Below are positions 56,422 through 64,000 of a DNA stretch of 64,000 bases, one piece after another; the stretch's first letter is position 1; every line of letters starts with the position of its first letter. The DNA lies in contig OY969934.1 in the NCBI GenBank assembly GCA_963704725.1, positions 160,001 through 224,000 on the forward strand, written 5' to 3'. Origin of the DNA: an uncultured Actinomycetes bacterium (GTDB lineage: Bacteria > Actinomycetota > UBA4738 > HRBIN12). Below the pieces are notes generated by a model. That model made no database searches. It saw only the letters and a program-made list of their open reading frames with translations, and was not told where the DNA came from. A program made the translations under genes and the position numbers.

Positions 56422-57816
56422 TCAGTGGCCGGCCACCGGCAGGACCGTCAGCGTCCCCTGCATCCCGGCCTCCCGATGCCCCGGGATCGAGCAGTAGAAG
56501 TCGTACACGCCCGCAGCGGCCGGGAACGTCTGGGTGACCGTGGCGTTCGCGTCGAGCGCGACCTTCACTCCGAGCTCGTCGATCGTGAAGTCGTGGGGGA
56601 ACGCGTCCAGGTTGTGCAGCGTGATCGTGACGTCGCCCTCGGTGGCCTCGAGATCCTTCGGCGAGAAGCCCGAGATCGCCACGTCGAGCCCGATCGCGTT
56701 CGCCGTGCCGCCGCCCGAGGACGTGCCCGAACTCGATCCGGTGGTGGCCTCACCGCCCGCAGGCGCGTCGCTCGTGCCCGGCCGGAACGGGGCGGTCCCC
56801 GCCGAGAACGGGTCGGCGAGCGTCGGGTACTCGGTCGGCGGGTCGGCGACTCCGGGGTCGACCTTGATGACCCCGAGCGCCCCGAGGCTTGTGTACGCGA
56901 ACGCGTGTGTCACGAAGGGGTAGAGCCCCGCGTCGGGGATCCGCAGCTCGAACATCGCCCCTGCGCTGGGCGCGATGGCGTAGGTCTGGAGCCCGTACAG
57001 CGTGTTGGCCGGATTGCCGTCCGGATGGACCTCGTCGAACGGCGTGCCGATGACGTGGAACGCGTTCGTGAGCGTGGGGCCGGCGTTGAGGACCCACAGG
57101 CGGATCAGCTCGTCGGGCCTGGCCTCCAGGGGCGCGTCGAGGTATCGGTTGAACCCTCCGTCGAACACGACCTGCGTCGGCGTGACCGCCATCATCTTGT
57201 CCACGTCGCCGACGTAGACGCCGTCGACCGGCTCGTCGGTCGCGTAGAACTCGCTCGAGACCATGACGTACTCGCGGGCCGGGGCCAGGCCGTCGGGCTC
57301 GACGATGATCGCGCCGTACATCCCGTTCGCGATGTGGTGCAGCACCGGCGGGACGCCGCAGTGGTACATGAAGACGCCCGGGAATCGGGCCACCCAGTCG
57401 AAGCTCGCGGACTCGCCGGGGGCCACGGGCTGGTAGTTCACGTCCCACGGCGTCTGGGCGGCGTGGAAGTCGATCGAGTGCGCGAGCCCGAGGCTCGACT
57501 CGTTGCGGAGCGTGAAGTGGACCGTGTCGCCGAGGTGCACCCGGATCACCGGCGCCGGCGCCGTGCCGTCGAACGTCCACACCTGGTAGTCGACGCCGTC
57601 GGCGATCGTCTGCGTGGTCTCCCGGGCGACCAGCTCGACATCGACGACCTCTCCCGACCCATCGCCCTCGATCCGGTATTCGGTTGCCTCGCTCCGTGTC
57701 CCCGGTGTGGCGGCGGCCGTGGGAGCCTCGTCCTTCGCCAGCGCCCCGATCCACGTCACGCCCACGATCAAGAGCGCGACCTCGATGAACACCCCAACCG
57801 CGATCAGCCGTCGCAT
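56422..57816 (-). CDS. nirK: copper nitrite reductase (NirK-like) with a fused C-terminal cupredoxin domain
   Basis: HSIDFH, YHC...HHIANGM (T1/T2 Cu), FHVIG, FVTH; extra HDF...YCSIPGHREAGM T1 site; N-terminal TM. Confidence 0.8.
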   Translation of the reverse strand: MRRLIAVGVFIEVALLIVGVTWIGALAKDEAPTAAATPGTRSEATEYRIEGDGSGEVVDVELVARETTQTIADGVDYQVWTFDGTAPAPVIRVHLGDTVHFTLRNESSLGLAHSIDFHAAQTPWDVNYQPVAPGESASFDWVARFPGVFMYHCGVPPVLHHIANGMYGAIIVEPDGLAPAREYVMVSSEFYATDEPVDGVYVGDVDKMMAVTPTQVVFDGGFNRYLDAPLEARPDELIRLWVLNAGPTLTNAFHVIGTPFDEVHPDGNPANTLYGLQTYAIAPSAGAMFELRIPDAGLYPFVTHAFAYTSLGALGVIKVDPGVADPPTEYPTLADPFSAGTAPFRPGTSDAPAGGEATTGSSSGTSSGGGTANAIGLDVAISGFSPKDLEATEGDVTITLHNLDAFPHDFTIDELGVKVALDANATVTQTFPAAAGVYDFYCSIPGHREAGMQGTLTVLPVAGH

Positions 57817-57907
57817 CGCCATCTCCTCCACCCCGACGTCGTTCGATACGTAGAGTAGAAGACTCAACGTTGGAGTCCAGGCCCAAGGTCCCGCTACACT
57901 GGGGACC

Positions 57908-58381
57908 ATGGACCTCACCTTCACCAAGCGGGGGAACTACGTCGTGCGGGCGGCCATCGCGCTGGCGGGGGCCTGGGACGGCGATGGATCGTTCCGCAAG
58001 CTCAAGGACATCGCGCAGGAGATGCGCCTGCCTCCGAGCTACACGCCGCAGCTCCTCGGCCTCCTCGCGAAGGCGGGGCTGGCCGAAGCCAAGGCGGGCC
58101 GGACGGGGGGCTACCGGCTGACGCGAGACCCCCGTCGCATCTCGGTGCTGGAGGTGGTGGAAGCCGCCGAGGGAAGCCTCGCCGCGCAGCGGTGCGCCGT
58201 CCGGGGAGGGCCGTGCCGGTGGGACGAGGCCTGTGCCCTGCATCCGGCCATGGACCGGGCGACCAGGGCCGTCCGAGCCTCGCTGGCTCGGACCACGCTG
58301 GCCGAGGTCGCGGAGATCGACCGCGGCCTGGGCGCGGGCCGGTCGGCAGGGGCGCGTCCCGCGTCGCGCCGGGCCCGCTGA
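57908..58381 (+). CDS. Rrf2-family [Fe-S] transcriptional regulator
   Basis: YVVRAAIALA, GRTGGYRL, ISVLEVVEAAEG; C-x6-C-x5-C-x2-H. Confidence 0.92.
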   Translation: MDLTFTKRGNYVVRAAIALAGAWDGDGSFRKLKDIAQEMRLPPSYTPQLLGLLAKAGLAEAKAGRTGGYRLTRDPRRISVLEVVEAAEGSLAAQRCAVRGGPCRWDEACALHPAMDRATRAVRASLARTTLAEVAEIDRGLGAGRSAGARPASRRAR

Positions 58382-58467
58382 GGGCCGTTCGGCGTGGGCG
58401 ATACGGGCCATCCGGCCCCTCTCGGGTACCTGCTCCCGGAGGTACCAAGAGGGCGGAGGCGAACGCC

Positions 58468-58737
58468 ATGCCGAGATGGGAAGGCTTCAGGCAGTGCCCC
58501 GGGTGCGGGTTCGACCTCGCGACGGGTGAGGGTGAGCGCTCGTGCGCGTGGGGCGACTGCCCGTACCTCCCGGAGCAGTTGGACGTGTTCTGCGACACGT
58601 GCCGCTTCAACTTCTTCACGATGGAGGGCAACCCCTCCTGTGAGGATCCCCTGGCCTGCGCGCACGCGGTGGAGCCGCTCGAGCACGTCGAGAACGTGAA
58701 GCGCTGGTACGACCAGCAACGCACGCCCACCGCCTGA
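58468..58737 (+). CDS. 89-aa protein with eight Cys in two internal repeats
   Basis: GGAGG SD; two copies of C-x2-C-x-F-[DN]-x2-T-x-EG-x2-SC-x4/5-C. Confidence 0.8.
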   Translation: MPRWEGFRQCPGCGFDLATGEGERSCAWGDCPYLPEQLDVFCDTCRFNFFTMEGNPSCEDPLACAHAVEPLEHVENVKRWYDQQRTPTA

Positions 58738-58765
58738 CGGCGGCCATCCCCTTCGGATCGAGCCC

Positions 58766-60319
58766 TCAGGCGTTCGCGACCACGCTGCCCGGCGCCTGTT
58801 CGTTTGGAGCGTCCGGCGGCGGGATCTGGGGGTGGCGGATCGGCAGCGTGACGATGAACCGGCTCCCCTCGCCGGGCTCGCTCTCGACGCGGATCGTGCC
58901 GCCCAGGTGCTGCAGCAGGTCCTGCACGAGCGACAGACCCAGCCCGGCCCCTCGGAACGTCCGCGTCGTGGACGAGTCCACCTGGTAGAAGCGATCGAAG
59001 ATCCTGGGGAGCTCCTCCTCCGGGATGCCGATCCCGTAGTCGCGCACCCAGAAGATGATGTGGTCGCCCTGGCCCCGCGCCTCCAGCTCGCACGGCGACC
59101 CGTCCGGCGAGTACTTGAGCGCGTTGTCCACGAGGTTCTGCAGGACGCGCGACAGCAGCTGCCGGTCGGTCGTCAGCACGGGGAGGTCGTCGGGGACGTT
59201 CACCTTGACCCGGTCGGCCTCGGCCGCGAGGCTCTCGACGACCTCGCGGACCAGGTCCTCGAACAGGACGCGGCCGATCGAGACGGGGAGCTGGTGGCTC
59301 TCCAGGTTCGAGGCGGTGAGCAGGTTCTCGACGAGGCGCAGGAGCCGGTCGCTCTGGCGCTCCATGCGCTCGAGGAACTCCTCCCGCAGCTGACGGTCCT
59401 CGGCGAACTCGGGCTGGCGGAGGGTCTTCGCGTACCCCATCAGCGCGGTCACCGGCGTCCGGAGCTCGTGCGAGACGACGGCGACGAACTCACCCTTCAT
59501 CCGGTTCAGCTCGCGGAGCTCGTCGACCGTGTGGTGCTCCTTCTCCAGGAGCTCGGCGAGCCGTGTGGCCTGCTCGGCGAGCGTCTCGTTCTGCTCCGCC
59601 AGGCGGTCGGCCAGCGCGCGGCTGCGGAAGTACATCTCCCGCGCGAACACCAGCGGACCGAGGAACACGACCACCGACCAGAAGCCCTCGGAGAGGTAGA
59701 ACTGGGCGATCACGGCCCCGAACAGCCCGAGGCCGATGTACGACAGGAGGAACTCGTACGGGGCCGAGCCGTGCATCCGTACCAGCACCTGCCGCACGGT
59801 GTATCCACGGGCGAAGGCCTCGAGCCGCGCGACCAGCCCGGCGTTGATCGCGTAGGCGCCGCTGGCGGCGAGGAGGATGCCCGGCAGGAGCTCGTACCAC
59901 ACCGAGTTCTTGTTCGCGACGAGGCCGAACAGGAGGCTGGCCGCGAGGATCGACAGCGCCATCTGGCTCCGGTTGAACAGCGCCTTGATCGGGCCGACCT
60001 CGCGACGGAACTCCCTCGGGTCCACCGAGCCGAGGAACGCGATCATCGTGGCGACGGGGGGCTCGAAGACGATCGCCACGCCGAGCAGGAGCGGGAAGCT
60101 GAGCGAGAGCTGGAGCCCGCCCCATCCCGGGACCGGGATCAGGTCGACCACGGCCACCGCGATGAGGAACAGAGGCACCCGGCCCAAGAGGACGTCCGGA
60201 CGGCCGGGGAGCGCGATCGCCAGGTAGGCGACCGTGGGGACGATGACGAGGAGCTGGTACGCCGTCTGCAACCACCGAGGGGCGGGGGTCCCCGGCTCGA
60301 TCGGCTGGGCCGTCTCCAT
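58766..60319 (-). CDS. sensor histidine kinase with a polytopic N-terminal membrane domain
   Basis: About 6-7 TMs; H-box VSHELRTP, N-box NLVDNALKY, DYGIGI, IFDRF, GAGLGL. Confidence 0.93.
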   Translation of the reverse strand: METAQPIEPGTPAPRWLQTAYQLLVIVPTVAYLAIALPGRPDVLLGRVPLFLIAVAVVDLIPVPGWGGLQLSLSFPLLLGVAIVFEPPVATMIAFLGSVDPREFRREVGPIKALFNRSQMALSILAASLLFGLVANKNSVWYELLPGILLAASGAYAINAGLVARLEAFARGYTVRQVLVRMHGSAPYEFLLSYIGLGLFGAVIAQFYLSEGFWSVVVFLGPLVFAREMYFRSRALADRLAEQNETLAEQATRLAELLEKEHHTVDELRELNRMKGEFVAVVSHELRTPVTALMGYAKTLRQPEFAEDRQLREEFLERMERQSDRLLRLVENLLTASNLESHQLPVSIGRVLFEDLVREVVESLAAEADRVKVNVPDDLPVLTTDRQLLSRVLQNLVDNALKYSPDGSPCELEARGQGDHIIFWVRDYGIGIPEEELPRIFDRFYQVDSSTTRTFRGAGLGLSLVQDLLQHLGGTIRVESEPGEGSRFIVTLPIRHPQIPPPDAPNEQAPGSVVANA

Positions 60320-60879
60320 CAGGGGAGCGCCTCCACCGTCCGAAGGTCGGACGTGGGGCCCCAGTCACGGTGACGCATCGCGGCGACCACGAACCACATC
60401 ACGCCCCCGTAGGCCACGACGTCCCCGGCGCTCACGGCCTGCCCGATGGGCTGGGGGATCCCGATGCGATCGGCCAGGAAGGTCAGGTCGTCCTCGGAGG
60501 TCTGGAGGTGGTGCTTGGAGCCGCCGGCCGTCCGAAGGTCTTGGATCGTCGCCGTCTGTCCGGAGTCGACGAGCGCCTGGCGCGAGACGGGCATCCCCTG
60601 GTTCACCGCGATCACGAGGAAGTTGAGCCCGAGCCCAACAACGACGAGGGCGAACCCGGGCAGACGGCGGTTCATGACGGCCACGAACGAGAGCAGGACG
60701 AACGAGCCGAGGAGGGCGACGTTGCCGAGGGTTCCGGTGACCGGGAGGAACTGGAGGGCGACCCCGGCCAGCCCCGCCCAGGCGTGGCGGAACCGGATCC
60801 CACCGAGGTTGTGGAGCCGCCCGCCCAGCAGGTACCCGAGGCCGATGGCCAGGGCAAACGCGAACAGGATCAGCCGCAT
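60319..60879 (-). CDS. DUF5317-family membrane protein
   Basis: GGRL.NL, GLN.LVI..N.GMPVS, KH, FLAD.I, S.GD; TGATG coupling to the kinase. Confidence 0.85.
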   Translation of the reverse strand: MRLILFAFALAIGLGYLLGGRLHNLGGIRFRHAWAGLAGVALQFLPVTGTLGNVALLGSFVLLSFVAVMNRRLPGFALVVVGLGLNFLVIAVNQGMPVSRQALVDSGQTATIQDLRTAGGSKHHLQTSEDDLTFLADRIGIPQPIGQAVSAGDVVAYGGVMWFVVAAMRHRDWGPTSDLRTVEALP

Positions 60880-61019
60880 CGCTCCTCTTTATGTCACGGC
60901 CGGCCGACCGGCGCTATGACCCGCACAGGCGGTATCGACTTACGACGGAATCCCCTTAAGTCCCGACCCCATCGTGCCGATGCCCCAACGGTACTGCCCC
61001 GGAAGAGGGAGGCGATGCC

Positions 61020-61106
61020 GTGCAGAGGTACCGCCGACTGGTGGCGTTGCTCGGCTGGCTGGCGGTCGTTCTGATGGCCGTCGGAGCGGGCTGGAAGGCC
61101 TTCTGA
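61020..61106 (+). CDS. 28-aa signal-peptide-like precursor MQRYRRLVALLGWLAVVLMAVGAGWKAF
   Basis: GGGAGG SD 7 nt before GTG 61020; basic N-region, hydrophobic core, GAGWKAF tail; followed by a strong hairpin. Confidence 0.75.
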   Translation: MQRYRRLVALLGWLAVVLMAVGAGWKAF

Positions 61107-61132
61107 GCCAGAGCTGAAGACATTGCGTTTCG

Positions 61133-61164
61133 CCGGATGCCGCCCCGATGGGGGCGGCATCCGG
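61133..61164. terminator. 14-bp hairpin between the convergent peptide ORF and the larC-like gene
   Basis: CCGGATGCCGCCCC-GATG-GGGGCGGCATCCGG. Confidence 0.75.
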
Positions 61165-61183
61165 TGTGTCCGGCCCCGATCGC

Positions 61184-61990
61184 TCACCCCACGTCGCCGG
61201 GGTCGTGCGGCTTGACGGGCTCGCTCACCAGGTGCAGGTCGGGCGCGCCCGGCATGCTCGGCCTGGACGACATGGGCTCGTCCTCGCCGATCAGCACCCG
61301 GAACAGGTTCGGGAAGTCGAGCCGCTGGAGGCCGGCGCCGTAGCCGATCGCCTCGACCCGCATCATCGGCAGCTCGCCGTAGCCCTCGACCGTCGCCGCC
61401 AGGATCGCCGCGCCGGTCGCGTTCGTCAGCTCGGCCGCGACGCCGCGCGAGTACAGCGGCGCGCCGCGCAGAAGCTCCAGGACCGTGGGCGTGGGGATCG
61501 GCATCGCGCCGTGCTCGGTCCGGGTCATGCCGAGCCCGGTGGGCACGGCGGAGGCGAAGATGCGCTCGACGCCCAGCGACGTCAGCCCGACGGCCGTCCC
61601 CACCACGTCCACGATGGTGTCCAGACCACCGACGTCCGTGAAGGTCACGCTGTCGGGCTCGCGCCGGTGGACCCGTGCCTCGGCGTCGACCAGCAGCCGG
61701 AGCATGCGGTGCGCCAAGCGATGTGCCTCGGGGGGCAGGCCGCCGCCGTCCACGAGAGCTCGGACGCTGGCGAACGTTCGGATGACGCCGGTGGTCTGGG
61801 CGCGGACCGTGACGCGCGTCGCGCGCAGCCCCTGCTCTTCCACCTCCTCCACCTCGAGCTCGAAGGGGTCGAGCGGGAGCGTGCCGAGGTGCTTGCGGAC
61901 CTCGTCGAGGTCGAGGCCGGCGTCGAGCAGCGCCGCGAGCGCCGTGTCGCCCGTGATCCCGGCGATGCAATCGAAGTAGGCAACCCGCAT
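61184..61990 (-). CDS. LarC-family (nickel-insertion) N-terminal-domain protein, divergent
   Basis: AYFDC.AGITGD..AALLDAG, AEARVH, DTIVDVVG, HG..PIP.P, EL...TGAA, GYGAG...PN. Confidence 0.8.
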   Translation of the reverse strand: MRVAYFDCIAGITGDTALAALLDAGLDLDEVRKHLGTLPLDPFELEVEEVEEQGLRATRVTVRAQTTGVIRTFASVRALVDGGGLPPEAHRLAHRMLRLLVDAEARVHRREPDSVTFTDVGGLDTIVDVVGTAVGLTSLGVERIFASAVPTGLGMTRTEHGAMPIPTPTVLELLRGAPLYSRGVAAELTNATGAAILAATVEGYGELPMMRVEAIGYGAGLQRLDFPNLFRVLIGEDEPMSSRPSMPGAPDLHLVSEPVKPHDPGDVG

Positions 61991-62118
61991 GCGGCCGTGT
62001 CCGTCCCTCGGGGTTCGTTCGACCGCGAGAGCGCCGATTGTATACTCCCGTCTCCGCAACGCCGCAGGTCAGCGACGTTCGAAGCGCGCCCGAGCCGTTC
62101 GACCGAACCCGAGGATCG

Positions 62119-62613
62119 ATGACCTTCTCCGCCGAGACCCTCAGCCTGCTGGCGCTGATCGCGCTGGGGCTCGGCGCGTTCGCGCTCCTGCTGTCGGCGA
62201 TGTCCCAGGGGCGGCGCCGGAGCGAGCCGCGCGGGCCGATCCAGATGGACGACGTGCTCCGTGGCGTGCTCGAGGGCCAGGCCCGGCAGATCCAGCGGCT
62301 CGAGGCGGCGGTCCGGTCGCTCGCGGCCACCGATCGCCGTCAGGAGGGCCTGATCGAGGGCACGGTCCGGCACGTGGGCCTGGTCCGATACGACGCCTTC
62401 GAGGACGTGGGCGGGCGGCTCTCGTTCTCGTGCGCCATGCTCGACGATCACGGCAACGGGGTCGTGCTGACGTCGATCAACGGGCGACAGGACACGCGCG
62501 TCTACGCCAAGCCGATCGTGGACGGCGGGAGCCAGTACAACCTGTCGATCGAGGAGGAGGAGGCGATCCGGCAGGCGCTCGCGGGTCCCCGGGAGGCGGT
62601 GACGGCAACGTGA
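62119..62613 (+). CDS. DUF4446-family membrane protein
   Basis: N-terminal TM; GLVRYDAFEDVGGRLSFS..LD..GNG, RVYAKP, LS.EE..AI. Confidence 0.85.
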   Translation: MTFSAETLSLLALIALGLGAFALLLSAMSQGRRRSEPRGPIQMDDVLRGVLEGQARQIQRLEAAVRSLAATDRRQEGLIEGTVRHVGLVRYDAFEDVGGRLSFSCAMLDDHGNGVVLTSINGRQDTRVYAKPIVDGGSQYNLSIEEEEAIRQALAGPREAVTAT

Positions 62614-63107
62614 TCTGGAGACGAGAAGAGGCCGAGGCGAGACGGGAGGAGTCCGATCCCGGCGCCGAGGCTCGACACGAGAGGGGGGGACGACGGATGG
62701 CAGACCAGCAGGGCGGTGAGGTCACGATCGTCGGTCAGGGCGCGAAGCTCGAGGGCACCGTCGTCTCGGCGGGGTCGCTCCGGATCGACGGGCAGATCAA
62801 GGGACAGGTGAACGCGGACGGGGACGTGATGCTGTCACCGCAAAGCTCCGTCGAGGCCGACATCCGCGCGCAGAACGTGTCGGTGGCGGGGCGGTTCAAG
62901 GGCTCGATCGTCGTGAAGGGGCGGGCCGAGATCGCCCGGGGCGGCCGCGTCGACGGCAACATCACGTCCAAGACGCTCGTGGTCGAGGAGGGCGCGATCT
63001 TCCAAGGCCAGAGCGTCATGGATCAACAGGCCCAGGGGGCGCCGGCCCAACCGGCGAAGGCGGAGCCGCCAAAGGCGGAGGAAGCGCCGGAGAGAGCCAA
63101 GGTCTAG
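62610..63107 (+). CDS. bactofilin (polymer-forming cytoskeletal protein)
   Basis: TIVGQG...G, LRIDG...G, V.G...G.I, GRVDGNI...L.VEEGA.F.G; start GTG 62610 (coupled) or ATG 62697. Confidence 0.88.
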   Translation: MIWRREEAEARREESDPGAEARHERGGRRMADQQGGEVTIVGQGAKLEGTVVSAGSLRIDGQIKGQVNADGDVMLSPQSSVEADIRAQNVSVAGRFKGSIVVKGRAEIARGGRVDGNITSKTLVVEEGAIFQGQSVMDQQAQGAPAQPAKAEPPKAEEAPERAKV

Positions 63108-64000
63108 TGCTCGACATCCGCGCGATCCGCGAGGATCCCGAGCGCTTCCGTCGCGGGCTGGCCCGCCGGGGCCTCGCGGACGCGGTGGACGAGCTGCTGG
63201 AGGCGGACGAGCGACGGCGATCGCTCACGGCGCGGGTCGAGGACCTGCGGGCGGCGCAGAACCGCGCGTCGAAGGAGATCGGCGCCGCCCGGGCCGAGGA
63301 GCGTGAACGGCGCATCGCCGAGGTGGGCGCGCTCAAGGCGGAGCTGAAGGAGCTCGAGCCCGGCCTGGCGGAGGCGGATCACGCGCTCACGGACCTGCTC
63401 GCGCGGGTGCCGAACCTCCCACACGAGTCCGCCCCCGACGGATTCACCGACGAGGACGCCGTCGAGGTCCGCCGGCGCGGCGAGCCCCGCGGGTTCGGCT
63501 TCGCCCCGAGGGACCACGCGGAGCTCGGAGCCCTCCTCGGCGTGCTGGACACCGAGCGGGGCGCCCGGACCAGCGGGTCTCGGTTCGTCTACCTCCTCGG
63601 CGACGCCGTCCACGTGCAGCTCGCGCTGGTCCAACACGCCGTGGAGGTCGTGGAGCGGCGGGGCTTCACCCCGGTCGTGCCGCCGGTGCTCGTCCGCGAG
63701 GAGGCGATGTACGGGACGGGCTTCCTGCCGACCGACGCCGTCAACCTCTACGTGACGCGCGAGGACGACCTCTACCTCGCCGGAACCTCCGAGGTTCCGC
63801 TCGCCGCCCTCCGCATGGGCGAGATCGTCGACGAGACGGAGCTCCCCCTGCGGTACGCCGGGATCTCGACGTGCTTCCGCCGCGAGGCGGGGACGTACGG
63901 CAAGGATCTCGGTGGGATGTTCCGGGTGCACCAGTTCGACAAGGTCGAGATGTTCGCGTTCGCCCGGCCCGAGGAGTCCTGGGACCTGCACGAGGAGATG
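63107..64000 (+). CDS. serS: seryl-tRNA synthetase, 3'-partial
   Basis: MLDIRAIREDP, VPNLPH, SGSRF, LYLAGTSEVP, CFRREAG, FRVHQFDKVE; absent from the ORF track because there is no stop in the window. Confidence 0.95.
   Translation, partial: MLDIRAIREDPERFRRGLARRGLADAVDELLEADERRRSLTARVEDLRAAQNRASKEIGAARAEERERRIAEVGALKAELKELEPGLAEADHALTDLLARVPNLPHESAPDGFTDEDAVEVRRRGEPRGFGFAPRDHAELGALLGVLDTERGARTSGSRFVYLLGDAVHVQLALVQHAVEVVERRGFTPVVPPVLVREEAMYGTGFLPTDAVNLYVTREDDLYLAGTSEVPLAALRMGEIVDETELPLRYAGISTCFRREAGTYGKDLGGMFRVHQFDKVEMFAFARPEESWDLHEEM

Noticed and set aside
60894-60960. Minus-strand short peptide upstream of DUF5317 (LRGFRRKSIPP...)
   Set aside because: No start codon with SD; the plus-strand GAGWKAF ORF has SD, start and terminator and is preferred

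Overview
High-GC actinobacterial chromosomal segment (inferred to be a deep-branching Actinomycetota lineage and probably origin-proximal, given crgA, the pknB-pbpA-rodA-pstP-fhaB-fhaA cluster and tRNA-Leu(CAG)). Most of it is housekeeping and metabolism: dhaLK, a GH13 amylopullulanase, cydAB, a CoxL-like Mo-hydroxylase subunit, gdhA, the his operon, ligC, thyX and serS. Accessory elements are a tRNA-Ala-anchored mazEF islet, a vapBC module inserted antisense inside the his operon, and a nirK-cupredoxin fusion with an Rrf2 regulator and an 8-Cys protein. The best candidate for an undescribed system is at 58.8-61.2 kb: an unannotated 28-aa signal-peptide-like ORF ending in GAGWKAF is divergently paired with a DUF5317 membrane protein (possible LspA-like aspartic peptidase) that is translationally coupled to a polytopic sensor histidine kinase, suggesting a peptide/processor/receptor signalling module. 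Other features missed by the ORF track are a 51-aa His-tailed uORF coupled to hisD through an SD-sequestering hairpin, a 39-aa Pro/Glu peptide coupled to a Cys/His protein, and a DnaA-box-like cluster beside crgA. All family assignments come from recognised motifs; no searches were run.
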